A stretch of DNA of 64,000 nt from Octopus bimaculoides. Lineage: Eukaryota. Positions 1-11,280 of this stretch are shown one piece after another (within the stretch, counting starts at the first letter, position 1; each line of letters begins with the position of its first letter). The stretch is from positions 8,683,409 through 8,747,408 of the forward strand of contig NC_068987.1 of NCBI RefSeq assembly GCF_001194135.2. The letters run 5' to 3'. Position numbers and translations under genes: made by a program. The notes under the pieces were generated by a model. The model saw only the letters and a list, made by a program, of their open reading frames with translations. It made no database searches and was not told the DNA's origin.

Positions 1-739
1 AGATAGTTTTCAGTAAACAACTTTGAATATACTGAATAACACTGATTGTGTAATGTTGACCTTACAATATATGCACTTCTGTTTTTTGTTTCACTTAAGA
101 AAAGCGAGCTGTTTCAATGTGTTTTTACAGCGATTATAATAATCTAAATTAAATCCTTTTTCCCATATATTGTGTGCATACACAAAAGATTTCTTTTTAC
201 CAGTATTTTATTGCTCATAGTTAAGTCTACACATTAAACATGAGTGCATATTACACTCAAATAAAAATATGGCAATTATTACTGTTACAGTTATCTGACC
301 TTCTTTCTCAATGTTTGAGAATTGTGAATTAAATGAAGCAAAAAAAAGCAAATTAATTTGATTATAAAATTTCTCAAGATGAAGCAGAGTGGATGTGTAT
401 TTTTAGATGATGAATTGACCTCTTAACATAGCATCAAACAGTGAATTAAATAGACATATAAACTTCACTCTACTTTTTTTTTAGTAAATCAAGATTAGCA
501 GCTTGTCAATAAAGATAAATAAATTGAAACTTCACATATAATTGTAACTATGAGAAATGAATCGATCATTTTAGTTTCTTAGTATTTACAATAATATCAG
601 AAATAAAAAGTAGTTACATATATATTATTTTTTTTTCATCAAAGTCTGTAAACCAAGTGAATCATGATAAAATAAATCTTATCAATGTTTCATGCTTGGG
701 TTCACAATGGGTTGGCTTCAAAGTTTTCTTCTGATTCAC

Positions 740-799
740 CTACATAAAACTGCCTTAGTTTTCTTCTAATGTTATCAGCAACTATTTCACTATTATCAT
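740..799 (-). CDS. Candidate 60-nt phase 1-1 cassette exon
   Basis: cag|AT GAT AAT ... GTA G|gtgaat; adds (D)DNSEIVADNIRRKLRQFYV in frame after exon 6099-5991. The acceptor lacks a polypyrimidine tract. Confidence 0.2.
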
Positions 800-1384
800 C
801 TGTGGGTTCCTACTATATCTACTAGCAATTTCCATTTATTTCAGACTCTCTCTCTCTCTCTCTCTCACATACACACACACAAAATAAATAAAATTTCACA
901 TATAAGATTCTTTCAAAATTAGCCCTATCATGCTTATTTCAACTGTTGCCTCTTTATTCCCTACATAGAATTCCCTATTGCACAAATCACTGAACATTTT
1001 AAAGATAAAGTCATGTTTGGTATAATAACAAAAAAGGTGAAACAGTTTCCCCAAAGTAATGGCTAAGTGAATCAATTGGAACACAAGGCCGAGTTTCCTG
1101 GTATCTCTGGACACATAAAGGTTTGCGTTTGCAATTTGGATGTAGATGAATAAAAGCTGGATTTGATTGAAAAACCAAGAACTGAATTTAGCAAAACTTT
1201 ATATTCAGTCACACATTTTCTGTTAAAAGCATTAATGGAACATTTAGCTGCCAAAATTTGTATGTGCTATGGTAATGCAGTAAATCCACCTGTGTCTGGG
1301 TATATTCTGCAACAAACATATATCAATAACAAGGACTCGATTTACCTGTGTGATAATTGTTTTTAACATAAACACACAGTCATA

Positions 1385-1580
1385 TATTCGATAGAAGAGA
1401 ATCAGTGGATCAAATGAATTTCAGTAGTTGACTGGTACTTTATTTCATCAATCCTTTGAAAGATGACTGACTAAGTTGACCTTGGAGAAATTTCAACTCT
1501 GAATACACAAATGTACAGAGCCAAAACAAGTAATGCCAGGCATTTTGCCCAATGTTCTAACTATTCTTCCAGTCCACCAT
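1385..1580 (-). mobile_element. SINE family B
   Basis: actggtactttatttcatc...ttcaactctg...ttcttccagtccaccatcct. Confidence 0.65.
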
Positions 1581-1679
1581 CCTAATTTATCCTTGTGTTA
1601 AAACTATAGAGACCATTCACAGATGATGCTGACAGTATTTGCGAAGTAAAATGATACAACAGGTAACACCTTTAAAAGA

Positions 1680-1907
1680 TTATCTCTTTAGCATTCAGAT
1701 TTTTCTGTCAAATGTAGCACTTATTCATTCATGTTGTTTTGAATTGATCATACATTATCTTCTAGCTTTGAGATTTCAATGATGTGATTGTTTATTTTTG
1801 AAATGACAGTGTAGGGTAGGTATGAGAAGGCAGATCTGGCTGTTTTTAACACAAAACAATAAGAATATTTGAGCTGGACATGGCCAGTTTAAATGCTAAA
1901 GGGTTAA
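1680..1907 (+). mobile_element. piggyBac-type MITE, family 2
   Basis: Degenerate left end ttatctctttagcatt and right end aatgctaaagggTTAA; homologous to 56133-56355. Confidence 0.75.
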
Positions 1908-2552
1908 AATGTTTTATGTAGGGACAGATGTCAAGAATTAAAAAAAATATCTCTTTTTCTTCTTTTTTTTTGTGAAAAGGAGATATACAGATAATACTTC
2001 TCATTACCTGGTTCTGTTATTACCTACTGTAAAAGAATCTAAGCAAATGGTACAACATGACAAATGATACAATAATAGACAGACCATCATTAACAGGACA
2101 AAGTCGACAGGGAAGCTTTATAAGGCCTGATGCCAAAAATTTAAAAACTCTATCCTCGACTGCAGTTTCTTTTCATGTCTCACAAAGTTGTCCTTGGAGG
2201 TGGAGGCAAGATACAATGCAACATTTGCATTTGAAAAATGGTTTAGTTTTTATTATGACAAGAATTGTGCACAACGGTGTAAGAACAGTATCACTCTAAT
2301 AAATATTTGGATATATTTATCTAGAATAACTTTTCGTAGAATTAAATATGTTCACACAGAATGCACTCCATACTACTCCCAATATAGTTACGATATTAAA
2401 CTAATATAGTAACCAATACAGATGATCAATGTTGTCAACTATTTGACAGTTCGCACGGTTTCTTTATTTTATTGAAATGCATTAGTCCACTTTCAGTCAC
2501 GTGGGGGTGGTCAGGATCCTCCCACAAGAGTTTTCAAGACATTTTGACACAA

Positions 2553-2897
2553 ATCATCATCATCATCGTTTAACGTCCGCTTTCCATGCTAGCTTGGGTT
2601 GGACGATTTGACTGGGGACTGGCGAACCAGATGGCTACACCAGGCTCCAATCTGATTTGGCAGAGTTTCTACAGCTGGATGCCCTTCCTAACGCCAACCA
2701 CTCCGAGAGTGTAGTGGGTGCTTTTACATGCCACCGGCATGAAGGCCAGTCAGGCAGTACTGGCAATGGCCATGCTCAAAATGGTGTATTTTATGTGCCA
2801 CCTGCACGAGAGCCAGTCCAGGGGCACTGGCAACGATCTCGCTCGAAAATCCTACGAAGGCCAGTCAGGCGGTACTGGCAACGGCCATGCTCAAAAT
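2553..2897 (-). mobile_element. SINE family C ((GAT)n tail, internal ~60-67 bp GC-rich tandem units)
   Basis: catcatcatcgtttaacgtccgctttccatgctagc...; about three units of gccagtcaggc.gtactggcaa.ggccatgctc. Confidence 0.85.
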
Positions 2898-4669
2898 AAA
2901 AATAGATGTAGTCAAATTGAGCTACCTCAACCATTCATCTTCAAAGAATACAAAGTGGTGGAGGTAAGTATGAAGGCTGAGGAATTCAAAGAACATGTTA
3001 AATACAACAGCATTGCTTTTTTTTGTTCTTTTTTGCAATCATAAGCTGGTAAAATGCAAACCCTAAAGAAACAGGCAGAGAACAAATATGATGCACACAG
3101 ACAACATAGTTAAATAACGGTCATCAAAAATTTGGTGAACTGAATTTCAGACCAGCTCACCTGATCATCATCAAAAAAGGAAAGGTTAGTTGCAATGGTT
3201 ACATTAGCTATTACAATATTAAACTTGATGTACAATGGATTGGGATAATGAAATGTACAGGAAGATTAGGTCATACATATAACTACGGGCCTCGTCATCA
3301 CTAGCTCTGTCAAAGCTTTTTTAGTGAGACGCCCCACCCTAGTAGAATACAGGGAAGACTGGAGCCTATGAGGAAGTCTCTACATATGTTCAACTAAAAA
3401 TAACAGCTAAAACTGACAGGATAATGTGGTAATTCATAGAAAAACATAAATGATAGAGACATTTATCTGATGGCTCTATTTAAGGGTCATTAAGGTAAAT
3501 GATACTGTATAATTTGGGTTTTACCTGCTAAAAAGATATTTTTCCTTGTAAAAGTCTTTTTTTTTTTTTAAATCTTCAATTAGTGAACCAAGTTAACTAA
3601 AAAGACTATTTTCACCTTAGATCTTTTTTAACTGTTCCTAAAGTAACACATGCCTACTGTTGATAGTTAAGCTAAAGGTGTAACATAACTATAAAAACTG
3701 GTTAAAAAGTTTCAAATTTCTTCTTTAAAATATAGGCATAAATTTGAGAGAAAGCCAAAAATAACAGATTCTGAGCAGGAGACTTCTTTGATTTATTCCA
3801 CAGCTGCTTTTGGTACACTACTTTCCAGCCATCTGATTATAAAAGCTATATTTACAGGCCAATATTCTATGTACACCTTAATCTGTTAAGATACCATGTA
3901 TCTATATCATACAGGAGTGTGTGAGAGTGAGTATATATGTGCACATGTTTAGTGTGTATAGATGTATGTAAATATGTACCGAAAAAACAAGGTGAAAACC
4001 TATTTAATATTGTGCATTTATCAAGTTTGAGTTTTACAAATTTTTTTTTATGTCAGTACAGAAAAGGAAAAATTACAGATCAAATAAACACAAGTCTTCA
4101 GTGATCTATCAGAAATAAGGAGTATTATTTATCAGATAAACCGAACGGTATACATCCTATTAATAGGAGAATATAAGCAATAAATATCATTATCAATAAT
4201 GAGATAAATCCATATTAATAATTAGTAAAGTAAGATCATAGAAGGACAAACAAAATTAAATTTCTTTAAATTTTTGGATAAGCTCATCTTTAAGAAATTA
4301 GGAAAAAAAAATTTACATCTACCATACATTTCAAATGTTATCAGGTGTCTTATTCCAGTGTGTGTATGTGTGTGTGTGTGCATGCGCACGTGCATGAGCA
4401 TGTGTGTGTGGTACTAAGCAAGATTTGAATAGTAAACTTTATCTAAGTTTAGAAATGTAATTTGAATCCACCCTGGCATTTTGCATACATCCAAAAGAAT
4501 AAGACACCTGATGAGAAATGGTGATTAAACTGATTAAAGTGTAATGTGGATTTAAATATTAAGAAGTTTTCATTTCTAAAGTTGGAGTTAATAGCGTGAA
4601 AGATTATAATCTTACTAACAGCATCTAATCTCTTATATTTAAACATTTAATATTCTAAGGAAATTATAA

Positions 4670-5305
4670 GGCAGCGAGTGGGCAGAGTTGTTAGCACACC
4701 AAACAAAATGCTTAATGGCATTTCATCTGTCTTTATATTTCGAGTTCAAATTCCACTGAGGTTGACTTAGCCTTTCATTCTTTTGGGGTCAATGTAATCA
4801 ATTTGCACCCCGCCCCAAAATTACTGGTATTGTGCCAAAATTTGAAACCAATATTTTAATTAAATAATAATAATAATGGTTTCTAATTCTGGTACAAGGC
4901 CAGTAAGTCTGGGGCAGGGGGCTAATTGAAAACGTCAACCCAAATACTCAACTGGTACTTATTTTATCAACCTTGGCAGAATTTGAACTCTGAATGTGAA
5001 AATGGATGAAATGCCACTAAGCATTTTTCCCAGTGTGCTAATGATTCTGCCAGCTTGCCAACCCTAGAAATAATAAGGATAATAATAATTAAAATCCTTT
5101 TCACTATAGGCACTAGACCTGAAATTTTGGGGAAGGAAGGCCATTGATTTCATCAAGTCCAGTGCTTAACTAGATTTTATTTCAATGACCCTAAAAGGAT
5201 GAAGAGCAAAATCAACTTCGGCGGAATTTGAACTCAGAATGTAGTGGCATACAAAATACCACTAAGCATTTCGGCTGGCATGCTAACAATTCTGCCAGCT
5301 CACTG
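4670..5305. mobile_element. Cluster of three SINE family B copies (4670-4852 +, 4875-5062 -, 5095-5305 -)
   Basis: Head gcgag.tggcaga..tgttagca...gagttcaaattcc, body aagtaccagttgag, ATT-type tail. Confidence 0.8.
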
Positions 5306-5534
5306 CCTTAATAATAATAATAATAAACAAACACCTGAGATGTTCGAAACACTAAGGTGTTGTTACTTTTTAATAATATATATATATTCCTCATTGCCTT
5401 ATTGTTCTCTAGTTCCACCTGATCAGTCTCATCCTCTCTTCTAAAATGTGAGTAGTCATGTAGCTCCTCTACAGCAAGAAACCTATTCTGTTCAGGTCCT
5501 TTTCTTTCATAATTTTACCCATGTTTTGCTCCTC

Positions 5535-5763
5535 AGCACCAAGCGAGAAAGCTACCCACTACCTCATCCAGGTGCTGGTGGAATAAAAAGAAGCAACCTG
5601 TACATGCTGTAATGTGACGGTATTAGGAAGGGTATCCAACCATAAAAATCATGCCAAAACAGACACTGGAGCACAAAGTAGTCCTTGGGCCCACTGGATC
5701 CTGTCAAACTGTCTAACCCATGCCAGCATGGAACATAGACCTTAAATGATGGGATGATGATTG
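5535..5763 (+). mobile_element. SINE family C (diverged)
   Basis: aggaagggtatcc...aacccatgccagcatggaa...gatgatg tail. Confidence 0.65.
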
Positions 5764-5990
5764 ATATTTTTATATACATAAATAAATATATATATGACTT
5801 TTTGGTGATTACAATATTGTTTTAAATTTTTTTCCCTGATGAATATTAAAATAATTATTGAAAAAAAAAACAAAACAAAAAGGAAGTCTTTTTTTCTTTC
5901 TTGAAATTGCTAAGATGAAGAGCAAGTGAATGGAGTATTTTGAATTACTCAGATTAATACAAGTAAAATAATTGTCAGTTCTTTTCTTAC

Positions 5991-6099
5991 CTGCACTGTC
6001 TGTTGATAAAATGGTACCATTTTTTGTGAGTCTCTGTTTAAGTTCATGAAGTTCAGCGTCTCTTAATAATAGTTTCTTTTCCAATTCAGTAATACGTTT
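5991..6099 (-). CDS. PPFIBP1: Liprin-beta coding exon (coiled coil), 109 nt, phase 0-1
   Basis: Acceptor ttttgtttcttacag|AAA and donor GCAG|gtaaga. Translates KRITELEKKLLLRDAELHELKQRLTKNGTILSTDSA(G). In frame with exon 9721-9590, heptad-like, and at the position of the liprin-beta segment DELASLKEQLEEKESEVKRLQEKL. Confidence 0.82.
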
Positions 6100-6174
6100 C
6101 TGTAAGAAACAAAACGGTGCACATGAAATATGTAGGTGGTTGTGTGAAACTGGAAGGCAGATCAAATCTACCAC

Positions 6175-7165
6175 CTAATAGTCCTCACAACAGGTTTTCA
6201 TACAGCCTAATACTGTGGTAGAGAATACTTCCAAGATGTGTCCATGCTGTGGTTTCAGGTTCAACCCCATTGCATGGCACCTTGACTAAGTTTATTCTTC
6301 TATAGAACTTGTGAGTGAATTTGGCAGATGGAAACTGTGTGAAGCCTGTCATGTGTATGTGACCAAATTAACACTTAAACTTATTTTTAATTCTGGTACT
6401 TATTCTATTAGTCTCTTTAGTCAAACTGCTAAGTTGCAACGACATAAACAAACCAAAATGGGTTTTCAAGCAGTGGTGGAGGACAAACACATGCACACAG
6501 GCAAAAGACAGGCTTCACACAGTTTCCGTCTTGAAGGGTCGAGACCAGGCCTAGCCAACTCGAATTATATTGCAGGCCACTTTAATCACAGAAATTCTTT
6601 TGAGGACTGCTTGTATACTTTATGCAAATAATAGTCAAATAATCACTGCTGACAGAATTGAAAGCATTTTGCTTTCTCATTCTATTATTCCAATAATGAA
6701 GGAATGGTCGTTGATTCAACATGAAATATTATCGTTGCAAAAACAGTAGTATCTTTCTCTTTGGCTTTTCATTACAATCTTTAACTTTTGAAAAAATTTT
6801 TAAAATGTTTGTTTAAATAAACAAATTTCAAGAAAGTATCAAGCAGGCTGCAAGATAAAAGTCTGCAGGCTGCATGCAACCCACGGGCCTCAGGTTGGCC
6901 AGCCCTGGTCTAGGCAAACAAATCAACTCCAATACATATTTTCATAAGCCTGGTACTTGTTCTATCAGTCTCTTTTGCCAAGTGGCCAGGTTATAAGAAT
7001 GTAAACAAAGCAACACTGAATGTCAAGTAGGGGTGGACAAACATGATAAGATTCCACACAGTTTCCATCTACTAAATTCACTAGCAAGGTACTGGTCAAC
7101 CCAGGGCTAGAGTAAAAGACTGAACCCAAAACCATGTGGTTACAAAGTGACCTTTTAGCCATAAC
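6175..7165. mobile_element. Cluster of SINE A fragments in both orientations around the hAT MITE
   Basis: Minus ~6180-6240, plus ~6245-6360, minus ~6385-6530 and minus ~6531-7165 (interrupted by the MITE). Confidence 0.65.
6546..6907. mobile_element. hAT (Charlie-like) MITE, 362 bp, inserted in a SINE tail
   Basis: Ends caggcctagccaact / aggttggccagccctg; degenerate 8-bp TSD gtcgagac / gtctaggc, close to the Charlie nTCTAGAn preference; the SINE sequence resumes after it. Confidence 0.7.
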
Positions 7166-7204
7166 AAATTCTGCTTCTAACTAGCAAAGTTCACCACCAC
7201 TACC

Positions 7205-7206
<2 letters not shown>

Positions 7207-7276
<70 letters not shown>
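7207..7276. repeat. (CT)n(AT)n compound microsatellite
   Basis: Seen directly. Confidence 0.95.
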
Positions 7277-7279
<3 letters not shown>

Positions 7280-8509
7280 TGACTTTGAAGGTTTACTTTG
7301 TTAGCTTTCATCAGACTGCCAGTTGAAAGCTACTCACATCCACACCCCTTTTCTAAGAGTGTGTGTGTGTATTATGTATACATATATATGAATGTGTGTA
7401 CATGTATATATATGTGTNNNNNNNNNNNNNNNNNNNNNNNNNNNNNNNNNNNNNNNNNNNNNNNNNNNNNNNNNNNNNNNNNNNNNNNNNNNNNNNNNNN
7501 NNNNNNATATATATAATATATATATATATATATATAGATAGATATTATTCACACTTAAGACTTGTCTTTGAGCACTTTATTTTAAGTGGCCAGACATAGT
7601 TTCTTTTTGAACTTGCCATTCCCTGGAACACACACAAACAATCTTTCTATTAATATTTGGTATTAATAACTATTTTATGTTCCATTCTTTCTTTTAATGC
7701 ATTCCTATATTTTATTTTATTTCGATAAAAATATATACAACTATGGCGAAGAAGAAGAAAAAAAGATAAATGGTATTTAGCGTTATTCTAAATTTGGATC
7801 AATTCAGGATGAAGCCATCTGTATATTATTATCCTTTTCAATAAGTACATACTTGTGTATAAAAGGGTAAGAATGAATAAACCTATAAAAGTGAGTGAAT
7901 ATTTGTGAATAACCTACCAATGCAACAAAACAAACCTTGAAAAATGAATAATAAATCTTTTTTTTTTTTTTTTTTTGAGGATTTCACTCTATTTTATACT
8001 TGATTTTAATTTAAAAAAAACAAAAAAAAACTGGGGTATGACTTATACAAAAAGCAAAGCTAAAACTACAAACAGAAAAAATGTACCAAAATTAACAAAA
8101 AATTAAGTTGTGAGATAAGTAAAATTGGCATATTTGAAATTTATTGATTCTAATGCCAAATTTTCAATTTTGTTTTCAAATTTACTATTACACTATTACT
8201 TATGCATTTAACTTCAAGAATTGTGTCAAATATTTCTTTTACTTTCTTCAGTTATTGAACTGTGGCCATGCTGGAGCACTGCTAATGTTCTTCATTTCAT
8301 TTCAACCATCACGGCTAAATTCATACTGGAGAACTACATCAGACTATCAAATATAACACAGTTCTAAATATAAGTGATCTGTTATAAAAGCAATGTGTTT
8401 TCCAGATTTTCTGTTGAAGTCTATTCCTGTGTCTATAACTAGTCACAGATTTGGGATGTGATATAGTGCACAATATGTTAAAAAAGATAAAGGAATGCAT
8501 TAATCTGCC

Positions 8510-8552
<43 letters not shown>

Positions 8553-8806
8553 CTCGTTTAGAGATAATGGGGGGGATCCTTCATATGGTTGCTCAAAATA
8601 GTGAACAGAAATCCCTTAAATCACACCCTGCAGGCAAGAAAACAACACATTGGATAATGTAAACCACCTAGATTGACTATGTCTGAAAAATAAGACAAGT
8701 TGGTCATAATTAAAACACTTTTGACCATAAATCTGCTTAATCAGAATTAAACCAAGACTAAAAAGCTATGACACACTTTACTAAATAAAAGTTAATTTAT
8801 ACAGAC

Positions 8807-9186
8807 GCAGGAGTGGCTGTGTGGTAAGTAGCTTGCTTACCAACCACATGGTTTCGGGTTCAGTCCCACTGTGTGGCACCTAGGGCAAGTGTCTTCTACT
8901 ATAGCCTCGGGCCGACCAAAACCTTGTGAGTGGATTTGGTAGACGGAAACTGAAAGAAGCCTGTCGTATATATGTATGTATGTTTGTGTGTCTGTGTTTG
9001 TCCCCCCAACTTTGCTTGACAACCGATGCTGGTGTGTTTACGTCCCCGTAACTTAGCGGTTCGGCAAAAAGAGACCGATAGAATAAGTACTAGGCTTACA
9101 AAGAATAAGTCCTGGGGTCGATTTGCTCGGCTAAAGGCGATACTCCAGCATGGCCGCAGTCAAATGACTGAAACAAGTAAAAGAGT
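8807..9186 (+). mobile_element. SINE family A (tRNA-like head, internal TA/TG microsatellite), full length and young
   Basis: Head gcaggagtggctgtgtggtaag...gggttcagtccc with A/B-box-like motifs; tail gactgaaacaagtaaaagag; near-identical copy at 59409-59814. Resembles described octopus tRNA-derived SINEs; family name not verified. Confidence 0.88.
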
Positions 9187-9189
9187 ATA

Positions 9190-9375
9190 CACACTCACAA
9201 ATCCATACATATGACAAACTTCCACACAGTTTCTGTGTAGCAGTCCTACTCACAATGCATTGGTTGGCCCAAGACTGCAGTAGAAGTCTTTTTTGCCCAA
9301 GGTACCGAGCAGTGAGGTAGAACTTGAGACGAAGTGGTCACAAAATGAACTCTATATCCATACAACCATATCTAA
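9190..9375 (-). mobile_element. SINE family A head, old, inverted relative to 8807-9186
   Basis: Degenerate reverse complement of the family A 5' half. Confidence 0.55.
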
Positions 9376-9589
9376 TTACATGATAGAACACACACTACTA
9401 AACTACATAATCTACTTATACGCCTGTAAGCTGTATATTCCAGAAATGTTTTTTTTTCACAATTAAATTGATATCACAGAGATATGGGCATATTTAATGA
9501 TATGTTGAACTGGTAAAAAAATGTCTTCCCACTCCTGAAACACATCTTCCGTGTCATTGTCACAAATCTAGCAACAAGTATTTACTTAC

Positions 9590-9721
9590 ATGTGCTGACT
9601 TTAACTGTTCCTCTAGTTCATGCCGCTCTCTTTCAGCAGTTGTTAGCTTGATTTTCAGGCTGGTAACCTCTGCCATCAAGTCCTGCTTGTCTGTTTCCAG
9701 TGATGCTCTGGTCAGTAATTC
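9590..9721 (-). CDS. PPFIBP1: Liprin-beta coding exon (N-terminal coiled coil), 132 nt, phase 0-0
   Basis: Acceptor ttttcttttctgtctttgctag|GAA and donor CAT|gtaagt. Translates ELLTRASLETDKQDLMAEVTSLKIKLTTAERERHELEEQLKSAH, which aligns without gaps to the 44-aa vertebrate liprin-beta segment ELLSRTSLETQKLDLMAEISNLKLKLTAVEKDRLDYEDKFRDTE (recalled from memory). The symbol denotes the family (PPFIBP1/2). Confidence 0.9.
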
Positions 9722-9827
9722 CTAGCAAAGACAGAAAAGAAAATATGAATATTAATCCAAGTATATGTATATATAAAAACAAATAGTAAATGAGTATATG
9801 CATATATACGTACAGGTATGTGCATAC

Positions 9828-9920
9828 CGACATCCACCTGTATGTATAGGTGTATATCTGGGTACAGGACATTGCAAACAAAACGTAGACGAGAAAACAC
9901 ACAAGCCACATAGAGAACAT
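9828..9920 (-). CDS. Candidate proximal alternative first exon encoding a hydrophobic N-terminus (31 aa, phase 0)
   Basis: MFSMWLVCFLVYVLFAMSCTQIYTYTYRWMS followed by TCG|gtatgc. A 106-nt GT-AG intron would join it in frame to ELLTR. Lies in a CpG-enriched patch. Could be chance. Confidence 0.22.
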
Positions 9921-10140
9921 TCTACTTCATCAGCTACCCCCGTTTTAACACCGGCGTTTCGAAGAGCTTGGGCAGGATGCATCATTAAAACGGCTCATCC
10001 CATGGACCGCAGATTAAATTTGTATACGCAAATTAAATCTTGCCATGGAGGAATGTAGTGGCGGACAAAAAACAAGACAGGAAAACAAACAGAAAAGGCT
10101 TTACGGCCAGACGAGAAAAATTACGTGTGTATGAACGCTA
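9884..10140. promoter_or_regulatory. CpG-enriched non-repetitive patch upstream of the ELLTR exon (possible internal promoter/enhancer)
   Basis: About 14 CpGs in ~260 bp by hand count, against a CpG-depleted background; contains a 13-pair hairpin at 10009-10043. Confidence 0.3.
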
Positions 10141-10789
10141 TATATATATATGTGAAAGTTTAATAAACTGGTAGGCAGAAATAAAACAAAAGATGAGAAT
10201 AAAGGTCCAACAGCTCATTATTGTTCAAATAAAGAAATCAAGAAAGAAAAAAATGCACTAATCAGTAATGAGAACTGAAACTAGAAAAAACAAAAAAAAA
10301 AAAATTATAAAAAATATCTAACCACAGCAGCTGACTCTCAGAATCAAATAATTAATAGAAATCAAAACTCTATAGCTTCCATAGACACAATCATCCAATA
10401 GTGTGTGTGCTTGTAGTTGCATCCATACACATGAACAAAACAAGTTCCAAACAAAAAAACAATTGTACAGACAGCATGTCCTCTTTCATGTTATACCAAG
10501 TGGTATAAACAGAGAGAAGTAAAGTGGTATGTGGGCAGTGTATTATATTGGATATTGGTGACTGGCATCATTCTTCTAAGCAAAATATAACTATGTGTAA
10601 AGAGAGAAACTAAAATTTTCCCTCTTGTATATAGAATGATTTAAGTCTTGTGCACATATAATGCTATAGTTGTGGGTAACTTGGTTGTGTTTTGTTTGTT
10701 ACTTAGCCTTTTTTTTTTTTCACTATCAGCCTTTAAGGAATTGCTGTCATCTGTTGGACAAAGTGTTGATAAAGTGTTCCTCTTGCTAT

Positions 10790-10994
10790 CAAATTATGGC
10801 CTAAATGTTTTACTTGGTTTTCATTCAAACTGGCTAGATCTGGCCTCTCACACCTACCCTACAATGTCATTCTGAAAATAAACAATCACATCACTGAAAT
10901 CTCAAAGCTATGAGATAAATCATGGTTAATTCAGAACAATGTAAATATATAAGCATTATATTTGAGAGAGTAATCTGAAAGCTTAATGGGTTAA
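10790..10994 (-). mobile_element. piggyBac-type MITE, family 2 (partial)
   Basis: Reverse complement of the family-2 body, ending gggTTAA at 10994. Confidence 0.7.
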
Positions 10995-10999
10995 TAGTG

Positions 11000-11280
11000 T
11001 ATGCTCCTCGGTTAGTAACTAAAGAGTAAAGTTACCTTCTCGAGTCATACCAACTCATGAGGGCCACTTTCCCAGTTTCATGGCATATATAATATTCCCC
11101 ATCTGTATGGGATGCTGGTCAGTCGCAGGATTACTCATTTTTGCCAGCTGAGTGGACTGGAGCAATGTGAAACTAAGTGTTTTGATCAAGAACACAACGC
11201 GTCACCTGGTCCAGAAATTGAAACCACAGTCTTGTGATCATGAGTCTAACACCTTAACCACTAAGCCACGTGCCTCCACT
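11000..11280 (-). mobile_element. Ancient tRNA-SINE with a V-domain-like core; related copies at 40205-40450 (+) and 43955-44078 (-)
   Basis: Minus strand gtggcttagtggttaaggtgttagactcatgatc...gagtaatcctgcgactgaccagcatcccatacag resembles the V-SINE-type core (superfamily assignment from memory). Confidence 0.6.

Larger units (their letters stand above)
6100..9589 (-). other. Intron between the two liprin-beta exons (3490 nt, GT-AG)
   Basis: Defined by the two flanking exons and their canonical splice sites. Confidence 0.8.

Noticed and set aside
2057-2409. Plus-strand ORFs in non-repetitive sequence (also 18906-19139, 55559-55798 and minus-strand 896-1114, 39305-39471)
   Set aside because: No recognisable domain or convincing splice context; lengths are within chance range.
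2730-2897. Regularly spaced GC-rich repeats that could suggest a CRISPR-like array
   Set aside because: The units are contiguous degenerate tandem repeats inside a SINE, with no unique spacers and no cas genes, in a eukaryotic context.
2925-2977. Plus-strand strong donor GAG|gtaagt at ~2973 (and others, e.g. ~16083, ~28192; mini-exon 29405-29437)
   Set aside because: No recognisable peptide, no consistent chain of plus-strand exons; expected by chance.
2657-3044. ORFs with repeated GQSGSTGNGHAQN motifs
   Set aside because: They come from the internal tandem units of SINE family C.
5991-6099. Resemblance of KRITELEKKLLLRDAELHELK to the cGMP-dependent kinase leucine zipper
   Set aside because: Generic coiled-coil similarity; the in-frame upstream exon is clearly liprin-beta.
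8807-8880. tRNA-like A/B boxes
   Set aside because: They are SINE heads; no complete cloverleaf tRNA gene was found.
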